A stretch of 64,000 nt of DNA from a virus, in IMG/VR virus record IMGVR_UViG_3300035698_017111, positions 82,773 to 146,772 of that record; one strand, written 5' to 3'. The notes under the pieces were generated by a model that saw nothing but the letters and a program-made list of their open reading frames with translations, was not told the DNA's origin and searched no databases. Position numbers and translations under genes: made by a program. Shown in pieces: positions 1-7,656 of this stretch. Numbering within the stretch: the stretch's first letter is position 1; each line of letters begins with the position of its first letter.

Positions 1-193
1 ATATAACCGAGACAATGGTTGTTCTAACAAAAGAAATAATATCTAGATTCTCATTGTCATAATCTGGAATCCAAACTTCATCACCTATATCGTAAATGGG
101 TTTTTCTCCAGATATCCGCATAATGCATTCCCTATTGATAAAAATTATAGGAGTGGTTGACTTCGGGTTTGTAACCTGACACCTAACGCTCAT
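1..193 (-). CDS. Hypothetical protein, 3' end runs off the window; start uncertain
   Basis: Open frame ...GYLEKKPIYDIGDEVWIPDYDNEN... to the window edge. The nearest in-frame ATG (191-193) has no clear SD and lies inside the structured element at 147-323. Confidence 0.4.
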   Translation of the reverse strand, partial: MSVRCQVTNPKSTTPIIFINRECIMRISGEKPIYDIGDEVWIPDYDNENLDIISFVRTTIVSVI

Positions 194-323
194 GGCGTGA
201 GGACGTTCTGGCCTTGGGTATGATCCTCACCAGATTTTTCAGCCCGTACTTCAGTTGTTACAATTTGAGGCTACCCTTTTCTCATACTCAGTACGATTAA
301 TTACGTACAGCAACCACTCCCAT
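147..323 (-). ncRNA. Putative structured RNA downstream of the release-factor gene
   Basis: 13-bp closing stem ATGGGAGTGGTTG/CAACCACTCCTAT (the G-U pair favours the minus strand). Inner stems TTGTAAC..CTGA/TCAG.GTTACAA and GTGAGGA/TCCTCAC. Confidence 0.45.
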
Positions 324-327
324 TTTC

Positions 328-1036
328 TTATACGACATTGTATATCTTGTCGAGATCTCCCCTAAGGAATTTCGCTAAAGAAAACTTACCTTCAGGACAC
401 TCAACACGATCTCTTCTATAGTTATAGTTTCTATTATAACCACCACGTTTTCCTTTATTTTGATTCTGAGAGTCATATTGTCCCTTGATGTCTGTGTGTT
501 TTTTCTTCTCACTAATCACAGACATTTTCTTGGATAGTCGTTCAAAAGCTATCTCTTTGTTTTTTCTCTGATCACGAGTATCACAACATTCAACGGTTAT
601 TCCGTCGTATTGCAAACGAACACCAGAGAGAGTTTTATTTCTTTTCTGTCCACCACAACCAGAATCCTTATAGTACGTAACCCTAACCTTTGATTTATCA
701 ATAGTGTTCTCTTCGACTCTATTCTTTTCGACAAGAACGACATTGATCAAAGAAGTTTGGACCCGGCCACGAGTCTCCGTTGGAGGGACTCTCTGGACAC
801 GGTGAACTCCAGGCTCTCTTCAGAACCAGTCTCTACATCCAGGTCCAGTTAATTCTAATTCTGTTTGTTTTGCGGTTTGAGACACAACACGGGCTTTAAT
901 GTTATGTTTTGCAGCATGCTTCAGGTAAGCCTTGAGTAGGTCCTGAGCAAATAGGCGGGAATCCTGACCTCCCTCACCAGGCAAGATTCGAAGATAGAGG
1001 GGGCTAAAGACAACTCCTTTTCGTTTGTGTTTTCAT
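328..1036 (-). CDS. prfA: Class I peptide chain release factor, RF1-type (PxT motif, GGQ), lacking domain 1; needs a +1 frameshift (1004-1009) and UGA readthrough (820-822); about 235 aa
   Basis: SD AGGAG + ATG at 1036 gives MKTQTKRSCL-TAG. The +1 frame continues SPLYLRILPGEGGQDSRLFAQDLLKAYLKHA...GCRDWF*REPGVHRVQRVPPTETRGRVQTS and runs into the tracked ORF 328-750 (SGCGGQKRNKT, RDQRKNK, RNYNY). These are all recognisable RF1 blocks. Confidence 0.88.
1003..1021 (-). promoter_or_regulatory. Programmed +1 ribosomal frameshift cassette (prfB-type, but with UAG)
   Basis: AAA AGG AGT TGT CTT TAG C versus E. coli prfB AGG GGG TAT CTT TGA C: internal SD, 3-nt spacer, CUU-U slippery site, stop codon followed by C. 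Confidence 0.85.
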
Positions 1037-1122
1037 AATTACTCTCCTTTTTAGTATTTCTCATATCAATACGATTTTCTTTATGCAAATACCTCGTTAC
1101 ATGATTTATCGTATACTACAGG

Positions 1123-1599
1123 ATGGAGAACGATATGACAAGTGAAAAATGGGAACCACTGAAAGATTTAGGACTCGATACTAATCCATGCCAAGAATGT
1201 GGTGGACGATGCTGTAAAGAAGGAGTCCATATAGAACAAGGGAAATTCGTTCCTGGTCTAACGGAGCAAAGCATTAGATGGGCAGAGTGTTGGGAAGGTG
1301 TTGAAACATATGTGTACTCTACTCAACTTGGAAAGCTTTGGGGAATCAAGATACCAAAACTACAATGTAAACATATTGGCCAAGACGGTGGTTGTTCAAT
1401 ACACGAGAACAAACCACCTGCCTGTAGGGAATACTTCGGCTTGAAGCCAACTGGACCAGATCCAGACTGTCTTTTGATTCGTGAACTATTACGACAAGAC
1501 AAAGTCCCATACGAAGATTGGGTAAAACAACTTTGGCCAAAAGGATTACCACTGACCAAATGGTTGAAAGAGTTAGGAATTGTTCTTATACCGAAATGA
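1123..1599 (+). CDS. YkgJ-like CxxCxxCC cysteine-cluster protein
   Basis: CQECGGRCC...CKHI...CSIHENKPPACREY; the ATG at 1135 after GGAG is the probable start. Confidence 0.75.
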   Translation: MENDMTSEKWEPLKDLGLDTNPCQECGGRCCKEGVHIEQGKFVPGLTEQSIRWAECWEGVETYVYSTQLGKLWGIKIPKLQCKHIGQDGGCSIHENKPPACREYFGLKPTGPDPDCLLIRELLRQDKVPYEDWVKQLWPKGLPLTKWLKELGIVLIPK

Positions 1600-1762
1600 T
1601 TTCAACTCTTTTGCCAATATCTACAAGAATAACCTCTCCACCCTTATAGACATCTTTCTGTAGACTCACAACTGGTGTTATTCCCCAGTCCTGATCAAAA
1701 CAGACGACTTCGGTTTCTTCATCTTCATTTTGAAGCAATTCAATAAGTTGTTTAACTTTCAT
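1586..1762 (-). CDS. Small hypothetical phage protein (MKVKQLIELLQ...)
   Basis: Typical phage MxVxxLIExL start inside the tracked ORF 1586-1963. Confidence 0.65.
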   Translation of the reverse strand: MKVKQLIELLQNEDEETEVVCFDQDWGITPVVSLQKDVYKGGEVILVDIGKRVEIISV

Positions 1763-1772
1763 TTGTCTATTC

Positions 1773-2117
1773 CTATTCCATGTATAGTAGAAGATATCCA
1801 GGATCTTCTGTTGTTTCTGATATTTCAGCTGCGTGAGAAAAAGCTGCGTAAAGCACATCGTGAAGTTGAACTGGAGAACCAGAGAGTCTCTCTTTGTAGT
1901 CTTCCAGTTTGTCTGGCATCCAAAACAGATACTCAGAAGTTTCTGAATGAACAAACGTGGCATTTTGTTTCAGCCAATTTTCTATCTTGGCTTTGTCATC
2001 GGGTCCAAGGACATTAAACAATTCGCCAAGACTAAACTCATATAGATTTCTTGATCGAAATGTCATGACTCTTTCGTTCTCATCACCAGAATCAAGCGTT
2101 ACAGATATTTCGTCCAT
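1773..2117 (-). CDS. Hypothetical protein
   Basis: Acidic 114-aa ORF in tandem with its neighbours, with an SD-like AAGGTGG upstream. Confidence 0.6.
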   Translation of the reverse strand: MDEISVTLDSGDENERVMTFRSRNLYEFSLGELFNVLGPDDKAKIENWLKQNATFVHSETSEYLFWMPDKLEDYKERLSGSPVQLHDVLYAAFSHAAEISETTEDPGYLLLYME

Positions 2118-2328
2118 CTTTATCCACCTTTCTATTCCATTCTAAGTATATACCAGTCTCATATCGAAGAAACTTGAAAGGGAAGAAGACATACGAACAT
2201 GGTGTGTATTGTTTCTTCTTTCTATCGCCACGACTAGTACCCACACACAGAACTGGAATCCAATAAATACACTTCTTGCATGTGCAATCACTTCTTTTCG
2301 GCCATATCATATCACCTGAAAATCTCAT
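2092..2328 (-). CDS. Small Cys-rich hypothetical protein
   Basis: CTCKKC..C..C pattern; a TCGTATA motif lies upstream. Confidence 0.4.
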   Translation of the reverse strand: MRFSGDMIWPKRSDCTCKKCIYWIPVLCVGTSRGDRKKKQYTPCSYVFFPFKFLRYETGIYLEWNRKVDKDGRNICNA

Positions 2329-2398
2329 TTGTCAACCCTCTTACTCCACTATACGACAAATCGTATAATGACAATAAATATACACGAAAGGAAGAAAA

Positions 2399-2818
2399 AT
2401 GGTATTTAACCTGAAAGCAGAAAAGGGTAAGAAAGTATTCCTTGGTGGAACATGTAATGAATCTACCTGGAGAGATGATCTGATTCCAGATCTGGAAATC
2501 GATTTCTTTGACCCAGTTGTTGACGATTGGGATGACGCAGCATATAAGATAGAGTTGAAGGAAAGAGAAACATGTAATTTCTGCCTCTATGTTATTACGC
2601 CAAAAATGACTGGAGTCTATTCTATTGCTGAAGTTGTTGATGATTCGAACAAAAGACCAAAGAAGACCGTATTCTGTTTTCTGAAAAAAGATGGTGATAA
2701 AACGTTTGACAAAGGACAGGTCAAGTCGTTAGAGTCAGTACAGAAGATGGTTGTCGATAACGGTGGACAGTCTTTTGAGTCGTTGGAAGAAGTGGCCAAG
2801 CATCTAAACTCTCAGTAA
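2399..2818 (+). CDS. Nucleoside 2-deoxyribosyltransferase-like protein
   Basis: KKVFLGGTCNESTWR...FFDPVVDDW...LYVITPKMTGVYSIAEVVD. Confidence 0.8.
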   Translation: MVFNLKAEKGKKVFLGGTCNESTWRDDLIPDLEIDFFDPVVDDWDDAAYKIELKERETCNFCLYVITPKMTGVYSIAEVVDDSNKRPKKTVFCFLKKDGDKTFDKGQVKSLESVQKMVVDNGGQSFESLEEVAKHLNSQ

Positions 2819-2921
2819 TTTTGGCCGAAAGATTTTTCTTGACTTGTAGTTCACTGTCGTATATAAAGAACTGTAGATTGAGTGAAGGAAAAAAAGTTAC
2901 GGCCAAAAGAGGAATTAGTAC

Positions 2922-2950
2922 TTGACTTGCCGTATAGAAAGTGTTACACT
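2922..2950 (+). promoter_or_regulatory. Sigma70-type promoter upstream of the ncRNA array
   Basis: TTGACT-N17-TACACT with an extended TG, 18 nt upstream of ncRNA 1. Confidence 0.7.
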
Positions 2951-2968
2951 CAATGAAGTAAAAGATTT

Positions 2969-3054
2969 AGCCAGAACTTGAAGCTGTTACAGCTTATGCA
3001 AAAAGCACTGCCCTCAATAAAGGGCGGTACACAACAACTTCTAAGAACCTGGCT
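2969..3054 (+). ncRNA. Closed-stem ncRNA 1 (Y-RNA-like scaffold with a two-hairpin cargo)
   Basis: Outer stem AGCCAG/CTGGCT, GAAC-N10-TACAG, inner stem GAAGCTGT/ACAACTTC, hairpins GCTT..AAGC and ACTGCCCT/AGGGCGGT. Confidence 0.7.
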
Positions 3055-3123
3055 TTAAAATTTATAGGAAGGGGCAGGAGATAGGGATGACAGGTAAAGG
3101 ATAGAGTCCTCGGACTAAATTTT

Positions 3124-3243
3124 GACTGGAACGGATAGTCATTACAGTGATAGCTCATTTTGGTAGAGCATCGGCCTTCAACGCCGGTTGTTATAGGTTC
3201 AATTCCTATTCACCCAAACAAACTGACTCTCAATAATCCAGTC
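3124..3243 (+). ncRNA. Closed-stem ncRNA 2 carrying a tRNA-like domain (3147-3213) with anticodon TCA
   Basis: Stems GACTGGA/TCCAGTC and AGTCA/TGACT; GAAC-N10-TACAG. D arm TAGCTCA..GGTAGAGC, anticodon arm TCGGC-CTTCAAC-GCCGG, T arm ATAGG-TTCAATT-CCTAT. The acceptor stem is only 4 bp (GTGA/TCAC). Confidence 0.8.
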
Positions 3244-3284
3244 TATTAATTTTAAATAAAATAAAGAAAGAGAGAAACAAGCAA

Positions 3285-3488
3285 ATGGCAGACAAAACAC
3301 CGAGTCAATTAGTTGTGTACGAGGGTGAAGACGAAGTACTTGTTACTACACTTGAAAATGAACACATTCTAATTCAAGAATTTTTCGAAGAAGGTGAAAG
3401 AGACAAAGAAGATTATGGACGAACTGTTACAAATTTCGAATCTGTTGTCCATATCGAAACTGGTCTGTTGCAAGTTAGCACATGTTAA
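3285..3488 (+). CDS. Small acidic hypothetical protein inside the ncRNA array
   Basis: 67-aa ORF between ncRNA 2 and ncRNA 3, with a purine-rich leader. Confidence 0.6.
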   Translation: MADKTPSQLVVYEGEDEVLVTTLENEHILIQEFFEEGERDKEDYGRTVTNFESVVHIETGLLQVSTC

Positions 3489-3493
3489 AGGTT

Positions 3494-3621
3494 TTGCTAG
3501 GAACGGCACGTTGATACAGACAAAATAGCTCAGCTGGTAGAGCTGTTGGTATTCTAACCAATAGGCGTAGGTTCAATTCCTACTCTTGTCACCTTTACTC
3601 AACTGGTAATCACCCTAGCAA
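3494..3621 (+). ncRNA. Closed-stem ncRNA 3 carrying a tRNA-like domain (3519-3591) with an 8-nt anticodon loop
   Basis: Stems TTGCTAGG/CCTAGCAA and GTTGA/TCAAC; GAAC-N10-TACAG. Acceptor GACAAAA/TCTTGTC, D arm TAGCTCAGCTGGTAGAGC, GTTGG-TATTCTAA-CCAAT, T arm GTAGG-TTCAATT-CCTAC. No encoded CCA. Confidence 0.8.
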
Positions 3622-3630
3622 TTAAAACAA

Positions 3631-3660
3631 GGCCCCTCAAACGAGGGGTCTTATTTTTTC
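3631..3660 (+). terminator. Intrinsic terminator closing the ncRNA array
   Basis: GGCCCCTC-AAAC-GAGGGGTC followed by TTATTTTTT. Confidence 0.8.
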
Positions 3661-3750
3661 TTTAAGTTTCTCAGCCAAAAGACTTGACATTGACCACACA
3701 ATATGTTTAGATGAAATCTGTGGCAAGACATAAAGGAAAGGAATACCACA

Positions 3751-5421
3751 ATGACTACAGCACTAGCACCAAAAACAAGTAAGATGGTTACTGATCTGAC
3801 CGAGAGAGCTTCGATTCAGGTTCCAGAAAGCGTGGACACATGGTTGAAAACCGTGGATGTTGACACTGTCGCATCTATTGTGGATCGTTTCCTCGACGTT
3901 TGTACCACAGTCACTGGACGAGCCACCCACTACAACTCCAAAGCCGATCAAGAAAGACTCATGGCAGGATTGCATACTGAGCTTTTCGACGTTGACCGTG
4001 GTATGTATGGTCTTCTAGTGTGCCTTGAGGGTGCAATGGATATCAGTAGACAAATGGCCATGTCCAGATTGCTTGATAATCCAAGAGAAGGTGAGGCTTT
4101 GCTTACAGTACATCAGGAAAATCAACTCATCAGTCACCTTGCACTGAGCATGCCTCCACAAAGAATGTTGAAACTCTACAAGAAATTCGTAGAGCAAAAG
4201 GTCAACAACTCTCGTGCTCGTAAACTGATCCTTCGAACGATTATTCAGCAACCAGTTGGAAGACTGGAGCATTGGGCGGTCATGTATCGTTCCAAGTTGG
4301 CTTCGGCAATCCGACATGCACTGGGACTCAAGTCCAGTTACGTTCTGGAGAAGACTCTTGAGAGGAAACTCTCCGGTAAGAGAATGTCTACAGACCAGAA
4401 TAAAACTATTCGTAAACTTGTTGGTAAGTTTATGAAAGAGATCTACGATAACAATGATACCAAGAACAAAAAGTTGGAAATCATTGGCTTTATTCTCGGC
4501 ATTGAAACCGGAATGGAATTGAAGAAAACCAAGGCATATGTTGCTGTGAAGGAAGGAAATTTCGCAGCTGGTAAAGTTCTTCCTCTCGAAACAATGGAAG
4601 GTCTCAGAAGCGTTTACCACCCAAAGAAAACGGCCAAAGACATCCTTGAACTAACCAAGGATACTATGACCAAGGGTCAGAAGATGGTTCGACAGAGACA
4701 GGCCAAAGAAGTTGGTGTTAAGATTGACCTAGATCCAAAGCAGTACGATCCTGTCAAACTTTACATCTACTGTTACGAGCAAGGTATCGATGGCCCAATC
4801 ATGAAGGCTCTTGAAGAGAAGGCACAAAGTGCCGTTAAGAACCTCCCCCTTCGTTTTGGGAAGATTGGCATCCTGCTTGACAACTCAGCTTCGATGTTTG
4901 GCCACAAGACACAAGGAAACCGTCCAATGGCAGTTGCCTTGTCGATTCGTGACTATCTGTCGGCAGCAGCCGATGAAGCAAATGTCGAACTCGTCAACAG
5001 ACCTGCGAGATTGACAAAGAAGAGAAAAGCTCTTCCTCTTCCAGAGGGTGACACTTCTCTCGCACAAGCTCTCGTTCAAATGCTTAAAGAAAAGAACGAA
5101 GCTATCTTTGTTATCAGTGATGGTTATGAGAACGCTCCGGCCGGACGTTTTGCCGAAGTTCTCAAGTTGGCCAGACAGGTCGGTGTGAAGACACCAGTGT
5201 ACCAGATCAGTCCTGTTGCAGCAGCAGAAGCATCAGGTATCAAACATCTGGCACCGGGGCTCGTTGAAGCTCTTCCAGTCTCGAACGCAAATAGCCTTGG
5301 AACAACATTGTTCAAGGCACTGTTGGTGGCACGTCCCAAAGAAGGACTTCGTGTTCTTATTGGAATGGGCATGAAACAGCTTGATAACATTAAGAAGATC
5401 GATTACGAAGGGAGAAAGTAA
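3751..5421 (+). CDS. Ro60/TROVE-like helical protein with a C-terminal vWA domain
   Basis: vWA MIDAS elements ILLDNSASM, GDTSL and VISDGYEN follow a long basic helical N-terminal region; 556 aa; next to tRNA-like ncRNAs. Confidence 0.7.
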   Translation: MTTALAPKTSKMVTDLTERASIQVPESVDTWLKTVDVDTVASIVDRFLDVCTTVTGRATHYNSKADQERLMAGLHTELFDVDRGMYGLLVCLEGAMDISRQMAMSRLLDNPREGEALLTVHQENQLISHLALSMPPQRMLKLYKKFVEQKVNNSRARKLILRTIIQQPVGRLEHWAVMYRSKLASAIRHALGLKSSYVLEKTLERKLSGKRMSTDQNKTIRKLVGKFMKEIYDNNDTKNKKLEIIGFILGIETGMELKKTKAYVAVKEGNFAAGKVLPLETMEGLRSVYHPKKTAKDILELTKDTMTKGQKMVRQRQAKEVGVKIDLDPKQYDPVKLYIYCYEQGIDGPIMKALEEKAQSAVKNLPLRFGKIGILLDNSASMFGHKTQGNRPMAVALSIRDYLSAAADEANVELVNRPARLTKKRKALPLPEGDTSLAQALVQMLKEKNEAIFVISDGYENAPAGRFAEVLKLARQVGVKTPVYQISPVAAAEASGIKHLAPGLVEALPVSNANSLGTTLFKALLVARPKEGLRVLIGMGMKQLDNIKKIDYEGRK

Positions 5422-5423
5422 AA

Positions 5424-6485
5424 ATGGCTAAGACGACTACCAGCATCAGAGAGGTCCTGAGAGGGACCAAAACGGGTCGTATGCAGTCTGTGGGTAGAAT
5501 GCAAGTCATTCCACTCATACTGGATATGCCCGAGGACAACAGGTTTACCTCACCAGAAATTCTCTGGATTAAGAACCGTGATTACGGTAGCATTAATCTA
5601 GACAACAGAGGTGATGTGACAACGATTGCACCAGTGGGTGCTACGTATCTCACCAAACAGTCAGCACAGGATCATGCCATCATGAATGCTGAGCTTGTTA
5701 AGGCAAAATCTGGAGTTGAAGTAGATACGGCAGCTTGTGTCCAGTCAAGCCAAGGTGGAACTATTCGTAACGAGCAAACCGAACTCTTGATTCTGCCATA
5801 TGCCCTTCGAGAAGCTTCGATTGGTATGAGAAAGACCAAGAGATACAATAAACTATGGGATGATATCGGCAAGTTCAACAAACTCGCTAAATGTGGATCT
5901 GGTAGCGAGCATCTCGAATACTTCGTAAAAACGCATGAGTCCACAATGGATGATTTCGTTGCACAGTTCGAGATCGTTCCTGGACAGGTCGGAGCAATTG
6001 TTCTGATTGATGGTGAAGTCTACGGAGTTGAAAGAGCACCTAACTGTCAGTACTGGGAAGGTGTCTGGTCTCCACTGATTCGTATGTGTTACGGATCGCA
6101 GGCTATCATCGCAGATCTTGAAGACAAGGCAAAGAAGGGTCCACGTACCAGTAACGCAATGCTAAATCCCCTTCCTTCTGATGTTGAGGATCTCGATGAT
6201 ATCGAGGAAGCCCTCAAGGAAGCAGACGAACAGTATTCTGAAGCTTCTATGGATGTTGTTCGCAACCTTCTGGACGATGAGTTCAAGAGAGAGGATGTCG
6301 CAAGACAATCTTTCCTCACTGACGAAAAGGAGACTGTGAATCTCGACAGAGTGACCGTAAGCAACGACCAGTTCGTTGGACAGGTCTTCCAAGACGGTCC
6401 TCAGGTTTGTTACGCATCAATGGTGACGAAGAAAGGCTGGAAGAAACATGCCAGCTGGAGAGCGGCACCGGCGTTTGATGCCTGA
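5424..6485 (+). CDS. ARPP-like (DUF6569-related) domain protein
   Basis: MQVIPL...QDHA...AACVQSSQGG...LWDDI...GQVGAIVLIDGEVYGVE pattern, recalled from ARPP-type proteins; starts 2 nt after the vWA stop. Confidence 0.55.
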   Translation: MAKTTTSIREVLRGTKTGRMQSVGRMQVIPLILDMPEDNRFTSPEILWIKNRDYGSINLDNRGDVTTIAPVGATYLTKQSAQDHAIMNAELVKAKSGVEVDTAACVQSSQGGTIRNEQTELLILPYALREASIGMRKTKRYNKLWDDIGKFNKLAKCGSGSEHLEYFVKTHESTMDDFVAQFEIVPGQVGAIVLIDGEVYGVERAPNCQYWEGVWSPLIRMCYGSQAIIADLEDKAKKGPRTSNAMLNPLPSDVEDLDDIEEALKEADEQYSEASMDVVRNLLDDEFKREDVARQSFLTDEKETVNLDRVTVSNDQFVGQVFQDGPQVCYASMVTKKGWKKHASWRAAPAFDA

Positions 6486-6502
6486 TAGACTTCCAAGCAC
6501 GT

Positions 6503-6538
6503 AAAAACCCCGGCCAGTAATGACCGGGGTTTTCTTTT
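6503..6538. terminator. Bidirectional intrinsic terminator
   Basis: AAAAACCCCGG..CCGGGGTTTT between convergent genes. Confidence 0.8.
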
Positions 6539-6557
6539 GCTTTATATAAATCTTCTA

Positions 6558-6923
6558 TTAATTACTACTTTTAGCTCTATCGTCTTTCATGATTTCAACT
6601 TCATCAAGTTTTCCATCACGAATTACTGCTTTTAACTCCACATAACCATCACCAAACCAAAGCTCACCAGACCAATTTGTGGTTTCTGTTCTTTCATTTG
6701 TTCGTTTAAATCGACCTGCTAAATCGGTTAAATCATTCACTCCACATAGGCTTTCATCCCACTCGTAATTACACGTATTGAAAACAAGATCACCATCTTG
6801 TGTGATCTCAACTTCGTGTAGAATGTTTTCCCACGGGCCATCTTTTGTTTGCCACTGCGAATCCGTAGGGACATCGTCTGGCAAATAGTCTTCATGAATA
6901 ACAAAATTATTGTACATTCCCAT
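6558..6923 (-). CDS. Hypothetical phage protein (MGMY...QWQTKD)
   Basis: Common phage MGMFD/QTKD-type ORF with an SD. Confidence 0.65.
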   Translation of the reverse strand: MGMYNNFVIHEDYLPDDVPTDSQWQTKDGPWENILHEVEITQDGDLVFNTCNYEWDESLCGVNDLTDLAGRFKRTNERTETTNWSGELWFGDGYVELKAVIRDGKLDEVEIMKDDRAKSSN

Positions 6924-6935
6924 TTTATTTCTTTC

Positions 6936-7118
6936 CTATTCTGTTTTTTCCATCAGAACATCACCATCAACAAAGAAGTCGAGAGTATCACCATCGACAC
7001 CCTCTGGCCTAATGTAGAAAGTGACATTCCCATCAGCATCAACATGATGTCGAACAACATGATCTATTGTCTTTTGTTTTTTAAAATACTCTTCAAGCGT
7101 CATTCTCATCTTTATCAT
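6936..7118 (-). CDS. Small hypothetical protein
   Basis: In an operon, with AGGAGG upstream. Confidence 0.6.
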   Translation of the reverse strand: MIKMRMTLEEYFKKQKTIDHVVRHHVDADGNVTFYIRPEGVDGDTLDFFVDGDVLMEKTE

Positions 7119-7656
7119 CCTCCTCTTTTATTGTTCCACAAACATGAATATCTTTACTCCAAATAGATCCACAAATAATTTCATTTTTTCGTAGAAACGA
7201 AACAGTATTCCTCATTATTTCTTTAAGCTCATCTCCATAACCAAATCTTCCTTGATTATGTTCAAGACTCTTCTGAATATCCCCATCAGCATGTCTTTCG
7301 GTAGCAGCCAACCAATCACAAATCATCTCAATTAAATCAACAAGATTCATTTCTTTAATACCATTTTTGAAATGTTCTGGATGATGTCTATTGTGGGCAT
7401 AGTGATGATCTAACGCCACTTGCATTTCTTTAAGATATTGCTTGTATTCGTCAGAACCATACGTTGTCTCCTTTAAAAGCGGAGTGTATTTGACAAATGT
7501 TGGGAATTCATCTTCCTTCAATTTTGTCTTGTCGTGTTCTATTGCCTTTAACCGCATCTCCATAAGAAGAATGTTGAGGAAATCCCTGACACGTTCTATA
7601 TGTTGTTCTGTTTGTTGTCTTATTTCTTGTTCGTTAACATTATCAGACATTATCAA
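7093..7656 (-). CDS. HD-like phosphohydrolase (DUF5662-type)
   Basis: HIERV...HDKTK...HHYAHNRHHPEH...EMICDW. Confidence 0.75.
   Translation of the reverse strand: MIMSDNVNEQEIRQQTEQHIERVRDFLNILLMEMRLKAIEHDKTKLKEDEFPTFVKYTPLLKETTYGSDEYKQYLKEMQVALDHHYAHNRHHPEHFKNGIKEMNLVDLIEMICDWLAATERHADGDIQKSLEHNQGRFGYGDELKEIMRNTVSFLRKNEIICGSIWSKDIHVCGTIKEEDDKDENDA

Noticed and set aside
328-750. Stand-alone ArfB/YaeJ peptidyl-tRNA hydrolase starting at TTG 750
   Set aside because: There is no SD, and the upstream in-frame sequence encodes RF domain 2 and the PxT motif.
758-847. Stand-alone tRNA or hammerhead ribozyme (cloverleaf-like fold, CTGAAGA)
   Set aside because: It has no T-loop/D-loop consensus and no GAAA core strand, and the region encodes conserved RF residues.
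3147-3213. tRNA-Sec call for the TCA-anticodon element
   Set aside because: It has no long variable arm, no extended acceptor stem (only 4 bp) and a standard D arm.
2969-3621. CRISPR array or simple tRNA cluster
   Set aside because: There are no identical direct repeats or regular spacers and no cas genes. The tRNA parts are defective and enclosed in additional conserved stems.
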